Shown here: in pieces, positions 61,516 through 64,000 of the stretch
Layout: each line of letters starts with the position of its first letter
How positions within the stretch are numbered: position 1 is the first letter of the stretch
Source of the DNA: Guillardia theta CCMP2712
Lineage: Eukaryota > Protista > Cryptophyta
Assembly (NCBI RefSeq): GCF_000315625.1
Contig: NW_005434650.1
Span: 68,736 to 132,735, forward strand
Reading direction: 5' to 3'
DNA length: 64,000 bases
Position numbers and translations under genes: made by a program
The notes under the pieces: generated by a model
What the model saw: only the letters and a program-made list of their open reading frames with translations
Told to the model about the DNA's origin: nothing
The model's database searches: none

Positions 61516-64000
61516 ATGCCAAATAATAACAGTAGTTGGCTCTTGTATGTGATTGTCCTGTCGTCCTGGTTCTTCCATGGATGCGGCTGGACGCCGAACC
61601 TTCCCATGCCGCACAAAGTCAAGGCGCTTCGTTTGGCAACCAGATGCACGAGAAGCCCTCTCAAGACTTTGAGGGATGAGGCCACCAGGCGACGCCGACA
61701 TGGACTTGTCGCTAACTTGCAGGCAGACGAGGAGGGGCAGGAAGCCATCGAGGGTGGGAAGACATCGAGGGCAGGAGATGCAAGAGAAGGAGAGGGTAAA
61801 GGATGGACTGATCAGATGAGAGATAAGACGATTCAAGCGTTGGACAGCATCTTTGCTGGAGGCTTCATGATGGAGGGGAAGGGCTCGGAGATGCTGATGG
61901 TTCTGCGGAAGTGGATGATGTCGGAGTCGGTCAAGATGGACAAGGAGGTGGAAGAAGGCCGGCAATCAGATGAATCTACTGATCGCAGCATCGTTGCAAA
62001 AGATTACAAGTCCGACTCGAAGACTCTCGATCGCTCCGAGTTCAGCGCTGTGGTTAAGGCAGCTGGACTTGAGCAGATGGAGGCGTCAGACATCGACATG
62101 GTCTTCGATGGGATGGACGCCAACCAAGATGGCACTCTGAGCCTCGAGGAGGTGGTGGAGACTTACCGGCGAGTGCATGCCGAAGTAGTCCTTGACGGAG
62201 ACTTGAAGGTCGATGAGGAGGAGATGAAGGTCGCTCCAGACAACCTTGACCGTATCGATCTACGGCCTGCAGCTCCCGGGGCGGAGGTCAACTCCATCCT
62301 CCCCTTCTACGCTGATGGAAGTTCTAGCGCCTCTGCGCTCTCACACCAGTGGAAGCAAGTCTGCGATGCTCTAGCGAAACAGTCCATGTACCTGCCTCCT
62401 GACGAGCAGTACCAAGTGCAAGACGCCTTGAGGTTCACAGGTGAGCGTCTGCTGGGCTCGAGGTTGGTAGATAAGAAGTTCGGGGAGGGTCTCGCTATTG
62501 GCAGCATTATTGCAGGCTTGCAACTTCCAACGCCTGTACTCGTCAGCGCTGTGCTCCTCCCTTGTGTCCGTGAGCGAAGCGCCAGCATCCAAGAGGTTCG
62601 CGATCGCTTCGGGCCGGTCGTGGGCTCAATGGTGGAGGACTCGGTCTGGCTCTCGCAGCTTCCCGACCGGGTCGGCCTGCTCGATGATGATGGCAGCAGA
62701 TTCCTGCGGGAGTACATGGTGGCAGCGTCAAGGGACCATCGGGCTGTGATAGTCATGCTGGCGGATCGGCTTAATGCGCTGAGAAAGATCGAAGAAGCTC
62801 CCTTGTACGACCAGCATCTGAAGGCGCTGGAGAGCCTTCAAGTCTTCTCGCCACTCGCTCACGCACTTGGAGTGGGAAAGTGGCTGTGGGAGCTGGAAGA
62901 CCTCTCGTTCCGTGCCTTGTTCCCGGACTCGTACACGTCTGTCGAGCAGTGGCAGCTGGAGCTGTGGGAAGTCTCGAGCAACATGATGGAGCAGGCAAAG
63001 GTGGACGTGCTAAAGGCGCTGAATGAGAACGACTTCTTGCTGGAACATGTCGAACGATACGCCATCACAAGCCGAAGGAAGAGTGTTTTCTCCACCTTCA
63101 AGAAGATGTTCAGGTCGAACAAGAAACTTGAGGTGCTTTTCCTTTCCTACCCCTTCTCCTGCTCCTCCTGACCTGTTGATAGGATGTCAAGGATGTTTTC
63201 GCCATGCGAGTTGTCATTGGTCTCAAGAGTCAGTTCAGGTCAGACGACTCGGTGCAAGTCCGCACATGCACGGAAGCATATGGAGCAGTGAGGAAGGCGC
63301 TAGTCGGCTGGGAAGAGCCGCGGGGGAGGTTTAAAGACTACGTGACACACCCAAAGCCCAATGGCTACCAGGTAGAGCAACCGCCTCGTCTCCTGCACCC
63401 TCTGCTTCTCCTGCTGCCACTCGCTTCCTGTCCTCTTTGTCTGATCGCAAACTTTCTCAGTCGATCCACACGACGCTCGACAGCCCGTTGAAGCTTCCGC
63501 TTGAAGTTCAGATCCGCACGGAGGAAATGCATGCGGCTGCAGAGTTCGGAGACGCATCACACAACTTGTACAAAGGGGGGATCAAGAGGTGAAAGCATAT
63601 GACTAGCCTCTCTGTCCTCTCATCTTCCTTCCTTCAGCTTGTCAGCTGTGCAAAACTTTGCCGACATGGTGCGCAAGAGCAACGTTGCAGCGCTTGCCCC
63701 GGCTGATTCCGTGAGCGCTGTCTTCAGATGTCCCATGACGGGTGACCCGATTCATCGACAGGATTTGAGTGAGGAAAACAGTGAAGAGCAGCGAGACCTT
63801 GACGCGCTGGAGTTCAGCAATGAAGCTGCAGGTAAAAAAGAAGGAGGAATGGGAGGAAGGGGAGGAGAAGGGGAGGAGGAGAAGTGCAGGGGATGAGGAG
63901 GAGGAGGGACGGGGTGAGGCAGACTGCTGATGTGAGAGCAGAAGCGTCTTCGTTGGAGTTGAGCCTGGACTCATCGGATGCGATCAAGAGGAAGAACGAG
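61516..64000 (+). CDS. RSH: RelA/SpoT homologue ((p)ppGpp synthetase) with N-terminal EF-hands, predicted plastid-targeted; runs off the window end
   Basis: [67 protein letters not shown]|SIHT and [26 protein letters not shown] loop [12 protein letters not shown]. Signal peptide ends GCG|W. Confidence 0.93.

Noticed and set aside
1-64000. Transposons, rRNA/tRNA genes, prokaryotic defence systems
   Set aside because: No transposase, RT or integrase motifs, terminal repeats or RNA-gene signatures were seen by eye. A tRNAscan/Infernal run would be needed to exclude small RNAs.

Overview
Gene-dense, intron-rich eukaryotic nuclear DNA, not prokaryotic. Short GT-AG/GC-AG introns, simple-repeat-filled introns and bipartite signal+transit presequences (GEA|F, GCG|W) point to an alga with a complex red plastid, most plausibly a cryptophyte (inference). 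I can support about 23 protein-coding genes, nearly all in head-to-head pairs. In order: TPR protein, C2/ARM/cNMP protein, secreted GT-A glycosyltransferase, MDM2-type RING protein, DUF72, XAP5/FAM50, ERCC8/CSA, PDZ/Sfi1-like protein, plastid aldose-1-epimerase, USP, coiled-coil protein, MZB1/Canopy-like, rhodanese-cysteine synthase fusion, 77-aa microprotein, ERCC1, alpha-kinase-like/ankyrin, multi-CH protein, ABCD4-like, WDR7-like, SLX4IP-like/RRM, calmodulin/centrin-like, TM-PDZ, and an EF-hand RelA/SpoT homologue. The best novelty candidates are: (1) a plastid-targeted ppGpp synthetase with N-terminal EF-hands and a dead HD domain; (2) a rhodanese-cysteine synthase fusion with a PTS2-like N-terminus; (3) a DUF72 protein with a PCNA-binding-like tail, in a window rich in repair genes; (4) an intronless MDM2-type RING gene with a recently duplicated Cys-rich module. 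I saw no RNA genes, transposases or CRISPR arrays. Gene models were spliced by eye and family calls come from remembered motifs, not database searches. Spans include introns and some termini are approximate.
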